Positions 56,014 to 64,000 of a stretch of DNA of 64,000 nt are shown here, piece by piece (the first letter of the stretch is position 1; the number at the start of each line of letters is the position of its first letter). Source of the DNA: Fidelibacterota bacterium (GTDB lineage: Bacteria > Fidelibacterota > UBA8477 > JABMPR01). Both the position numbers and the translations under genes were made by a program. The stretch covers positions 167,553 to 231,552 of the forward strand of contig JAERTG010000023.1 in assembly GCA_016845065.1 (NCBI GenBank). Reading direction: 5' to 3'. A model generated the notes under the pieces. That model was given only the letters and a program-made list of their open reading frames with translations, was not told where the DNA came from and searched no databases.

Positions 56014-58344
56014 GTGTCAAACATGAAAGCAGGATTAGTCTTTAAAATAATACTGGCAACGATCCTAGGGTTGAGTGGATCTCTAGTTGCTCAAGTAGCC
56101 CCCATTAATTTTGAAGCTGAAGGTATTGGAGCAGATTGGACGTGGACATCTTTTGAAAACGACACAAATCCTCCTCTGACCATTGTTTCAAACCCTGGTG
56201 CAGACACTGTGAACGCCTCTGCAATGGTAGCTTCCTACACCACATTAACCACAGGTCAACCCTGGGCTGGTTTTGAATCTCTTCACGGTGCAGATATCGG
56301 ACCCTTCAGTTTTGATGTGACCAATAGTACGATTAAGCTTATGGTATACAAAACCGTTATCAGTGATGTCGGTGTTAAATTCGCCGAAGCCAATGGTGAA
56401 GCACAGCCAGAGGTAAAGGTTGCAAACACCTTGATCAACCAATGGGAAGAGCTGACATTTGACCTTTCTGGCAGCATCGGTGCTGGAATAACTGGCATAG
56501 TTGATCAGATCATTATTTTTCCCGACTTTGACCTGGTTGGAAGAACGACAGACAATACTTGTTACATAGATAATATCACTTTCTCCGGACAGGATCTACC
56601 CCCAGCGCCTGCTGCTCATGCACCATTACCTACAGCTCCTGCAGATGATGTCATTTCAGTATTCAGTGATTCATATACAAATCTTGCCCAAACCAATTTC
56701 AATCCTGGTTGGGGTCAGGAAACGGTAATGTCCGAGGTGATGATAGAGGGTAATAACACACTGCTTTACTCAAGCTTGGACTACCAGGGTATAGAGCTGG
56801 GAAGTGCTCAGGACCTAACTGAAATGGATTCGGTGCATGTGGACTTCTGGAGCGCTAATTCAACCGAATTGCAGATCTTTCTCATCAGTCAGTCCTCAGG
56901 AGAACAGGCCTACTCACTACCATTCGCTACTGAAACCTGGGTAAGTACCTACGTTCCCCTGTCTCATTTCACCGATCTTGGACTCTCAATAAGTGATATT
57001 TTCCAGCTTAAGTTTGTAGGCAATGGCGATGTGTATATTGACAATATTTATTTTGAAGGCGAAGGTGGTGGCCTGGAACCAACCCCCTATTTCCCAATCG
57101 ACTTTGAGATTGATGGTCATGGAGCTGACTGGACCTGGACTACCTTTGAAAATGGTGCCAACGATCCACTTGTTATCGGTACCAATCCAAGCACCACTGG
57201 AGTAAACGCTTCTGCAACCGTGGCATCAATGACAACCATGACTACGGGTGCGGCTTGGGCTGGTGTGGAGTCTCAACATGGTGCAGACATCGGTACTTTT
57301 TCACTTGATGCCAGCAATAGCACAATAAGTATCATGGTGTACAAACCCATTCTTAGTGATGTGGGGATTAAACTGGCAAAGCCTGATGGTTGGTCCATGG
57401 GAGAAATAAAAGTAGCCAATTCTGTTATTAATGAGTGGGAAGAGTTGACCTTCGATTTTTCATCACAGATGCAAGACGGCTATGATCAGATCGTCATTTT
57501 CCCAGACTTTGATCTTGCTGGCAGAACCACTGACAATACGTGTTACTTTGACAACATCACTTTTTCTGGTCAAGTGGTGCCAGCATCTCCTGTGGCTCAC
57601 GCTCCAATCCCTACATTGGCAGCAGAGGATGTTGTTTCGATATTTAGCGATTCCTATCCAAGCACTGCAGGTGTCAATTTGAACCCTGGCTGGGGACAGG
57701 CAACGGTGGTAAGTGAGGTAGAAATTGAACAAAACAATACTTTAGTTTATTCTGATTTGAATTATCAGGGCACAGAATTTCAAGCCATTGATGTAAGTGG
57801 TATGACTCACTTTCACCTGGACTTCTGGACAGGAAACTCAACTGCCCTGAATTTCTTTGTCATCAGTCAGACCCCTACAGTTGATAGTGATTACTTCACT
57901 CTCGCCATCACACCTGAACAGTGGATTAGCTTGGATATCCCCTTGACTGCATACCCAAATGTTGATCTAGCAGATGTGTTTCAGTTCAAGGTCGAAGGAA
58001 ATGGAACGATTTATTGGGACAACTTTTACTTCTATTCAAATACGGTTGCTGTTGATGATGAGAGAAAAGAGGTGATTCCCAGTGAATTTATTCTCGAACA
58101 GAATTTCCCTAATCCTTTCAACCCTGGAACCTCAGTAAACTACAGAATCGCTGAATCCGGGTCTGTAACACTCAAGATTTATAACATTTTGGGGCAAGAG
58201 GTTGTGACCTTGGTTGATGGATTTGCGTCACCTGGCTATTATAGTACTCATTTAGATGCGAACCACCTGGCCGCTGGCACCTACTTCTATGCGCTTACAT
58301 CTGGAAATCAGAGAATTGTTAAAAAGATGGTGTTGATCAAATAG
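56014..58344 (+). CDS. secreted non-catalytic multidomain protein ((A-B)x2 + T9SS CTD), candidate laminarin-binding surface protein
   Basis: A signal peptide is present. Two tandem units of about 340 aa each contain a CBM4/6-like domain (…DNTCY.DNITFSG) plus a 150-aa domain shared with ORF 23200..26628. The C-terminus is …FPNPFNPGT… CTD. Confidence 0.6.
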   Translation: MSNMKAGLVFKIILATILGLSGSLVAQVAPINFEAEGIGADWTWTSFENDTNPPLTIVSNPGADTVNASAMVASYTTLTTGQPWAGFESLHGADIGPFSFDVTNSTIKLMVYKTVISDVGVKFAEANGEAQPEVKVANTLINQWEELTFDLSGSIGAGITGIVDQIIIFPDFDLVGRTTDNTCYIDNITFSGQDLPPAPAAHAPLPTAPADDVISVFSDSYTNLAQTNFNPGWGQETVMSEVMIEGNNTLLYSSLDYQGIELGSAQDLTEMDSVHVDFWSANSTELQIFLISQSSGEQAYSLPFATETWVSTYVPLSHFTDLGLSISDIFQLKFVGNGDVYIDNIYFEGEGGGLEPTPYFPIDFEIDGHGADWTWTTFENGANDPLVIGTNPSTTGVNASATVASMTTMTTGAAWAGVESQHGADIGTFSLDASNSTISIMVYKPILSDVGIKLAKPDGWSMGEIKVANSVINEWEELTFDFSSQMQDGYDQIVIFPDFDLAGRTTDNTCYFDNITFSGQVVPASPVAHAPIPTLAAEDVVSIFSDSYPSTAGVNLNPGWGQATVVSEVEIEQNNTLVYSDLNYQGTEFQAIDVSGMTHFHLDFWTGNSTALNFFVISQTPTVDSDYFTLAITPEQWISLDIPLTAYPNVDLADVFQFKVEGNGTIYWDNFYFYSNTVAVDDERKEVIPSEFILEQNFPNPFNPGTSVNYRIAESGSVTLKIYNILGQEVVTLVDGFASPGYYSTHLDANHLAAGTYFYALTSGNQRIVKKMVLIK

Positions 58345-58483
58345 GTTAATATCCCACTTGATTCGGTGCGGATTTGGTGTTCGCGACGCTCCACCTTCCT
58401 CCGCAAGCTTCCGCTGGAAGCCTTGCTACGGTTGAACCGAATCTTTGCTATGCAAAGAAAGGCGGTTCTGCATCATGCCCCAT

Positions 58484-58523
58484 AAAAAAACAAAATGGCC
58501 CCTCATGGGACCATTTTATTTTC
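58484..58523. terminator. bidirectional intrinsic terminator hairpin
   Basis: An A-tract is followed by an 11-bp stem aaaatggcccc/gggaccatttt with loop tcat, then a T-tract. Confidence 0.55.
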
Positions 58524-58568
58524 GTAGCAGGGGGCGGATTTGAACCGCCGACACCCGGCTTATGAAGT
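58524..58568 (-). other. tRNA-like 3' fragment (T-arm GGCGGTTCAAATCCGCC + acceptor 3' strand); no 5' half found
   Basis: A canonical T-stem/loop and a 7-nt acceptor strand are present. No complementary 5' acceptor, D-arm or anticodon arm occurs within 120 nt. Confidence 0.35.
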
Positions 58569-58628
58569 CTATAAATAGATTCTCTATACCTCTAAATATT
58601 AACTACTTACGACGCTTAGTGGTTGACG

Positions 58629-58650
58629 GGTATACCGAAATAGGTATACC
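58629..58650. repeat. two copies of the palindromic octamer GGTATACC separated by 6 nt, abutting palindrome GGACGTCC
   Basis: Read directly in the sequence. This is a potential protein-binding or recombination site. Confidence 0.5.
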
Positions 58651-58685
58651 GGACGTCCATTTTGGATACAGAGTCCGGTTGAATG

Positions 58686-58745
58686 CACTGCACTCCAAAT
58701 GCAGCGTACCTTCGGGTACCGGGGGTTCGAATCCCTCACTCTCCG
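58686..58745 (+). other. tRNA-like 3' three-quarters (anticodon arm with CUCCAAA loop, hairpin variable arm, T-arm GGGGGTTCGAATCCC, acceptor 3' strand); 5' half not foldable
   Basis: The 5-bp stem ctgca/tgcag has a Trp-like loop. A variable hairpin gtacc-ttcg-ggtac and a T-arm follow. No matching 5' acceptor strand or D-arm occurs upstream, so this is a pseudo-tRNA or fragment. Confidence 0.35.
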
Positions 58746-58915
58746 CTCTTGTTTTACAACAACTTAGGTGCCAGCTACTCAACAATCTCCTAGTGCATAT
58801 TGTGGCACTTTTTGAGACATTTCACGCCACCTCACGCCATATTCTTTGACATTACTTTGACACAGTCGTAGTTGAACGTTTAGATTTTCTAATATTATCA
58901 TCAGTTGTGTAATGT

Positions 58916-59371
58916 TTATGGTATTAGGGCGGTGTTTTGACCGCTACTATTATAAAGGCTTATTGCCCCATCATGAGTTGTAGTATGTGAAAGCGAAATG
59001 GTTTCTTGACCGCTATTATTATAGAGACCTATTGCCCCGCCATGGGCAGTAGTATGTGAAATATTAATGGTGTTTTGACCGCTGCTATTATAGAGGTCTA
59101 TTGCCCCATCATCGGCTATAGTGTGTGAAAGCGAAATGGTTTTTTGACCAGTACTATTCAAGATATCTATTACCCCACTGCCATTTGAGGTGGTTACGGC
59201 CATTATACGATTCCCTTTTTTATCGATAAAATTTATCCAGCCCCTCTTGGGAATATTTATGTCACCCACTGTAATACTATCAAACGTTGTATTTGTTGCC
59301 CCTATTGACATAAATCCAATCACAGCAACTAGAAACCCAATTATTACACTTCTAGGGTCTAACTTTTTCAT
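58916..59371 (-). CDS. small membrane-anchored/secreted protein with about 22-aa tandem repeats (ILNSTGQKTISLSHTxxxDGAIxLYNSSGQ)
   Basis: There is an N-terminal hydrophobic anchor. Four imperfect repeats are encoded by DNA repeats of about 66 bp. Confidence 0.45.
   Translation of the reverse strand: MKKLDPRSVIIGFLVAVIGFMSIGATNTTFDSITVGDINIPKRGWINFIDKKGNRIMAVTTSNGSGVIDILNSTGQKTISLSHTIADDGAIDLYNSSGQNTINISHTTAHGGAIGLYNNSGQETISLSHTTTHDGAISLYNSSGQNTALIP
58928..59190. repeat. about 4 tandem direct repeats of about 66 bp (coding, inside ORF 58916..59371)
   Basis: The gaccgct…attgcccc…gtgtgaaagcgaaatg units recur with roughly 80-85% identity. Confidence 0.65.
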
Positions 59372-59504
59372 GATCCCTCCATTCTCAATTCATGTTTACT
59401 TTTCATTAATCCCAGCGACTAGTTGTCCTAGCGACTAGCCCTCCTAGGACTAAAGCGAAAATAATCATAAATATCCATTCGCCGTAAGCCATCATTAGTA
59501 GAGC

Positions 59505-59867
59505 TGGGGCAGTAATAATGAAGTAGCCATCGTCTTGTTGCGCTTTGTAGCTGTCTACGCCTTGTTTGATACGTTAAGCATACTGTACTCATCTGCGATC
59601 AAAGGAGCTGGTGATACCCACTTTGTCATGCGAGTGACCACAGCACTATCCGTTTTTGTTTTGATTATCCCAACCTACATCGCAGTAGAATATTTTGATG
59701 CCAACCTGTATCTCCCCTGGACCTTCTGTGCCCTATTTATTGGGGGAATGGGTCTTACATTTCTAGGCAGATTTTATGGTGGAAAATGGAAGAAAATGAG
59801 TGTTATTGAGACTCCCGGATTCCTACCATCTCAACATCCTGCTAATCCCATTTCTCCTGAAGTATAG
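59505..59867 (+). pseudogene. truncated 3' fragment of a MATE efflux transporter paralog
   Basis: The encoded 110-120 aa are about 88% identical to the C-terminus of the intact MATE gene at 43462..44922, which is …LLRFVAVYAVFDTLSILYSSAIKGAGDTHF…SQHPANPISPEL. Nucleotide identity is roughly 75-80%. An in-frame stop lies just upstream of the homology start. The agcgactag direct repeats lie 40-70 bp further upstream. Confidence 0.7.
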
Positions 59868-61144
59868 AAACTTAATTTATGACTCACCTGAATCTGTCAT
59901 TGGCGTCAGAGCCCCGAGACGGTCAACGCATTTATCTAAAGCAAGCTATCATTACTTCTAAATTGCGTTCCAATGATACCCCCTGACAAATGGATCCCCA
60001 TCAGCCATAAGAGATAACCAGAAAATTGTTCCTGTAGTGAACCAGTACCACCCTCCCATCGAGCTAATTGATATGTACCATTTTATTTGTTATGGAAGAT
60101 GATTCAGTTTCCAACCTTCAGAATGACACACTTCACTCACAGATTTCCCAATTAAATTCATACGATTCCAGTATATGTTGTATTCACCTGCAAAGGCAGG
60201 ATCTTCCTCCAGGATATCAATCAATGCACCGATGGTATCTTTCATACCCTGGAATACGGAAGAATTTTGCGTGTGAATCCAACATTTACTTCAACGCTTT
60301 GCTAGGATCCCCCAGAGGAATTAATACCCCTCATTACGGTAAGAATCATCAATATTTCAGAGAGGGGCTGAACTGAGTTATAAATTAGACATGTGGTCAG
60401 ACATATAAGTCACAATGAATCCTTGATATCCGGAATATTCAGGAACTATATCAGCAACATATGCTGGTACCAAATATACCTCAGTGCACCAGCTTCTGTC
60501 TCTGTATACCTAAATAAGAAGAAGTGATAGATTGAATCATGGATAGGATTAAATACGCCACTAAAGGCTCTATATGTGTGTGAAAATACCACAATTAACT
60601 CACGAGATCAGGGTAAATTTATAAGTTGAAAACAGAGGGATCCCTTTTACTTTAAAGCAGTATTAGTTGAGATTGCCTTCATGGCATTCAGTTTAAGGAG
60701 TTCAGTTGGAGATTTCAAACTCAGGATATCGACCAAAAGATTTGTTCAATGCGTTTACCAAAAATCGGTCACCCAGAAAACCAATACACAATAATGATTT
60801 AGTTCAAAAAGATCGAATTCGAATACGAGAATTATCAACTCTTATCGAAGATGCTGAATTTTCTGAAATCATTGTACGAGAGCCACTTACTAAAATAGAT
60901 ATTTTCGTATAGTGGGAATTATGATACTCCGAGATTTCGGGGTATCTTTACAATCATGAAGATTTCCCTCCAGATTCCCCTCCATGCACATGTTTAACTT
61001 GGCAATTTCGACTTCACTTATCTCTAATGATCTCACAATCTTAGCCTGGTTGTCATGAGTATGAGAGCACTCGATCTATCTAGTGATCAATATATGAGTG
61101 AATTGGGTACTTCTGAGTTATGATTAAAAATTTAGTCTGTAATT

Positions 61145-63994
61145 TTAGGGTTTATCAATTCGATTAATCCTTTCAATCAAAACCTCTGCTTTCCAAGGTT
61201 TTTGAATGAACTCAGTAATTCCCATATCCTGGTACTCTCGCTTATCCGCAAGTCCTAGGTGACCTGTAGAGAGAATAATTGGAGTCAGAGATCCTGATTC
61301 TCGAATCTCTTGAGACATCTCTAATCCAGACATTTCTGGCATAGTTAAATCGGTAACTATGAGATCGTATTTCTCAGGATTAGCTCTGAACAATTTTAAG
61401 GCTTGCTTCCCATTGGCAGCATTATCGACCTTAAAACCCACGTTTGATAGGATGGTTTGGGTAGTAACACGAATACTATCCTCATCATCGACTAGCAAGA
61501 TAGATTGACTGGAAGTTGCTGGTGGTATAAACTTTTTGCTTGGGATCTTCTCCTGAATAATCTCTGTTACTGGAAAATGAATTGTGAAAATGGTCCCCTC
61601 ACCAAATTTACTCGAAACTTTAATCTCAGCACTCATCATTTCAACAATTCCATGAATTACTGATAGACCTAATCCTGTACCCTGACCAAATTGCTTGGTG
61701 GTAAAGAAAGGATCAAAAATCTTGTCAAGGTCAGCAGGCTCAATCCCGAAACCGGTGTCACTCAATTTGAGTTCGACTACATCAACTTCAGCCTCCCCTT
61801 TTCCCAGTGAAGCTCGGGTTTGCTGCAGGCTTACCTTTAATATTCCACCCTCAACCCCCATGGCATGTTGTGCATTATTGCACAGATTGATCACAATCTG
61901 ATGAATCTGGGTTTTATCGCAAAGTACCAAACCACAATTCAAATCTATGTCTTGCTGTATCTCAATAGTTGAGGGGAAGCTTGCTCTTTCTAATAATAAA
62001 GCCTCAGCCACAAATTCTTGGATATACTGGGGTTTCATTTCAACCGCAGATTTTCTACTGAAGGTCAGGATTTGATTGACAATAGCTTTAGCTCGTTCTC
62101 CCCCTTCCATGAGGTGTTGCATATTGGATTGTACTAATTCATTGTCAGGCAAATCTGCCGCTATCAAACCCCCGTAGAGAAACATACCTTGGAGAATATT
62201 ATTTAACTCGTGAGCTATACCACCAACCATTGTCCCAACTGCTTCCAGCTTGTGTGACTGACGGAGTTGGGCTTCTAATGTGATTCGATCTTGTTCGATA
62301 CTTTTCCGCTCGCTGATATCTCTCGTTATGGAAAGGATGTGAGGGACACCTTCCAAATCAATGACGCTGGCGGACATCAGACCAGTGACGACAGAGCCGT
62401 CTTTCCGCAAGAAATTCGCCTCCAAATTCACATAATGACCCCATCGCTTTATACCGCGAATCAATTCCCACCTATCTTTCAGATTGTGCCACATGTTGAT
62501 TTCGATCGATGTCTTCCCAATTGTTTCTTCCCGGCTATAACCAGTCACCAATGTGAATCCTTCGTTGATGTCAATGTAACAGCCATCGTTCAGTCTGTTA
62601 ATGGCGATTGCGTCTGGACTGGTATAGAAAGTCGTCTTAAAACGCTCTTCACTTTCTCGAAGCGCTTTCTCAGATATTTTTCGATCTTGGATTTCGTGTT
62701 GGAGCGCTTGGTGCAGTTTCGCATTGTTGATCGCTGCACTCACATAGATGCCAATGGTTGTTGCAAACACGAGATCATCTCCTGAAAAAGAGTTAACCGC
62801 ACGAAAAAGATTAAGAGTGCCAATGACATCATTGTTTATGATCAGCGGAACTACGAGAATATTGTCGGTATCTGCCACTGCGGTTCCAGGTACATGGAAA
62901 GCGCCAGTATGTCGTGCAGCATTATTGAATATCTTCCCTTTTTTGGATTTAACAATAGTCCCAGATAGACTGTTCTCAATATCCACACGAGACGCCATAA
63001 TATCTTCATCTTGATTAGGATATTGGGAGGCGGCAGGTCTGAGGAACTGACCTGATTCTTCTAGCAAATATACAGTTACACCTTGGCAATCAAGAAGGCT
63101 TAACGTCTCCCTGCAAACGTTTCCGAGGACAATACTAATATCAAGTGTTGAGCCTAAGCTGTGTACCGTTTCTAACAATTTTTCCTGTCGCTGAAATTGC
63201 TTGTTTAATACCAATTCGGTTAGTTTTCGGTCCGTAACATCATCGATTAATGCCTGGGCACCGATCACCTTGCCAGGGTATTCATAAATTGGACTAATCT
63301 TGTAGTTAAGATAGGCAGTCTTATTCCCCTTTGAAGTATACTCACTCTCATTTTGGATAGACTTCCCACTTTTAATCACATCCTGAAATGCAGCAGACAC
63401 TCCAATCCGATTTAAAGGTTCGAATTGAAATAAGTTGATCTGCATAGTAGCCTCAAGTGAGGGAGATCCAAGAATTTCAAGAATTTTAGGGTTGGCACTA
63501 ATAATATTTCCTTGAGTATCTATAGAGACAATACCAACTGGAGCGGATTCTACTAATGTACGATAACGTTTTTCACTCTCTGCCAACACTTCTTCGGACA
63601 ATTTAAAATCAGTTACATCACGAAAGATATCGTACGATCCACTTATAACCCCTTCTGTTTTTATTGCAATTGAACTAACCTGAACCACTCGAATTTCACC
63701 TGACTTGGTGACAACTCTACCTTCATAGCCCTTATAGAAAGCATCCCTTTGTAGCTTTTCCATATATTGGATAGACTTCTGGACGTCTTCATTGTGAACA
63801 ATATCCTGAACTCTCAGTTTGGCTAATTCCTCGTGTGTGTAGCCTAACATATCTTGAGCAGCTTGATTGGAATCAATAAATCTGCCATCCATATCAAGCA
63901 TACAGATACCATCGAGACTCGTTTCAACAAGCTCCCTATATTTTGATTCACTTGCCCTTTGTGTTGCCGTCCGTTCTATTACTTTTTCTTTCAT
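61145..63994 (-). CDS. hybrid sensor histidine kinase/response regulator with multiple PAS domains and a GAF domain
   Basis: PAS S-box repeats are present. The H-box is GIAHELNNILQ. The HATPase motif is GTGLGLSVIHG. The C-terminal REC is ILLVDDEDSIR…DLIVTDLTMPEMSG. Confidence 0.85.
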   Translation of the reverse strand: MKEKVIERTATQRASESKYRELVETSLDGICMLDMDGRFIDSNQAAQDMLGYTHEELAKLRVQDIVHNEDVQKSIQYMEKLQRDAFYKGYEGRVVTKSGEIRVVQVSSIAIKTEGVISGSYDIFRDVTDFKLSEEVLAESEKRYRTLVESAPVGIVSIDTQGNIISANPKILEILGSPSLEATMQINLFQFEPLNRIGVSAAFQDVIKSGKSIQNESEYTSKGNKTAYLNYKISPIYEYPGKVIGAQALIDDVTDRKLTELVLNKQFQRQEKLLETVHSLGSTLDISIVLGNVCRETLSLLDCQGVTVYLLEESGQFLRPAASQYPNQDEDIMASRVDIENSLSGTIVKSKKGKIFNNAARHTGAFHVPGTAVADTDNILVVPLIINNDVIGTLNLFRAVNSFSGDDLVFATTIGIYVSAAINNAKLHQALQHEIQDRKISEKALRESEERFKTTFYTSPDAIAINRLNDGCYIDINEGFTLVTGYSREETIGKTSIEINMWHNLKDRWELIRGIKRWGHYVNLEANFLRKDGSVVTGLMSASVIDLEGVPHILSITRDISERKSIEQDRITLEAQLRQSHKLEAVGTMVGGIAHELNNILQGMFLYGGLIAADLPDNELVQSNMQHLMEGGERAKAIVNQILTFSRKSAVEMKPQYIQEFVAEALLLERASFPSTIEIQQDIDLNCGLVLCDKTQIHQIVINLCNNAQHAMGVEGGILKVSLQQTRASLGKGEAEVDVVELKLSDTGFGIEPADLDKIFDPFFTTKQFGQGTGLGLSVIHGIVEMMSAEIKVSSKFGEGTIFTIHFPVTEIIQEKIPSKKFIPPATSSQSILLVDDEDSIRVTTQTILSNVGFKVDNAANGKQALKLFRANPEKYDLIVTDLTMPEMSGLEMSQEIRESGSLTPIILSTGHLGLADKREYQDMGITEFIQKPWKAEVLIERINRIDKP

Positions 63995-64000
63995 TATTCT

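Noticed and set aside
58686-58745. Complete tRNA-Trp(CCA) or type-II tRNA call
   Set aside because: The anticodon-like loop reads CUCCAAA (Trp-like), but the element has a long hairpin variable arm and no foldable 5' acceptor strand or D-arm upstream. I could not build a cloverleaf, so it is reported only as a tRNA-like fragment.
58374-58760. tmRNA (ssrA), including a permuted two-piece form
   Set aside because: The T-arm and acceptor-like pieces are suggestive. However, I could not find the GGGG…TTCGAC 5' tRNA-like domain or a tag reading frame with a resume codon. There is not enough evidence.
58928-59190. CRISPR array
   Set aside because: The repeats are about 66 bp, imperfect, contiguous without unique spacers, and in-frame coding repeats of a small protein. 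No cas genes anywhere in the window.
1-64000. Mobile element (IS, transposon, integrase or prophage) calls
   Set aside because: No transposase, integrase, recombinase or phage structural gene motifs were seen in any frame. The tRNA-like fragments and the MATE pseudogene hint at past rearrangement, but no element boundaries can be drawn.

Overview
This 64 kb window looks like a contig from an uncultured marine bacterium. GC content is moderate. Several secreted proteins end in a 'PNPFNP'-type type IX secretion (T9SS) C-terminal sorting domain (CTD), and no SusC/SusD pair is present. This suggests the Fibrobacteres-Chlorobi-Bacteroidetes (FCB) group, possibly a Marinimicrobia-, Ignavibacteria- or Fibrobacter-like lineage, but that is a guess.

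The window is dominated by two polysaccharide-utilisation sub-loci that look built for beta-1,3/1,6-glucan (laminarin). The first sub-locus (9.8-41 kb, mostly minus strand) carries:
- a GH5 enzyme with Exg-like motifs
- two GH16 laminarinases, one with the EIDIME beta-bulge motif
- a PorU-like/PorV-like T9SS pair
- a TonB-dependent receptor
- a multi-CBM (carbohydrate-binding module) protein with a T9SS CTD
- a Na+/solute symporter
- a three-gene sensor set: solute-binding protein, histidine kinase and sigma-54 NtrC-type regulator
- a GH3 beta-glucosidase
- a giant CotH/lamin-tail-domain protein with a T9SS CTD
- a second GH5

The second sub-locus (43-58 kb, all plus strand) carries:
- a MATE transporter
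- a clan GH-A hydrolase of uncertain family
- a ROK regulator, with a perfect 10-bp inverted repeat operator candidate upstream of the operon
- a GPH/MFS symporter with a large inserted soluble domain
- a GH30
- an 1105-aa cytoplasmic candidate beta-1,3-glucan phosphorylase (GH149/GH161/GH94-like)
- a GH17
- a multidomain glycan-binding protein with a T9SS CTD

Other content:
- the 3' end of a multihaem cytochrome c gene, next to an outer-membrane beta-barrel
- a MacAB-like tripartite ABC efflux operon
- an HlyD-like + VTC-domain + DUF4956 operon
- an SLC13 permease with four TrkA-C domains
- a junk-like tail (58.3-61.1 kb) holding two tRNA-like fragments, a palindromic GGTATACC pair, a small tandem-repeat secreted protein and a diverged 3' fragment of a MATE paralog
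- a large PAS/GAF hybrid sensor kinase

No CRISPR array, transposase or integrase was seen. Family assignments rest on motifs I can read directly in the translations. All of them need HMM or BLAST confirmation.
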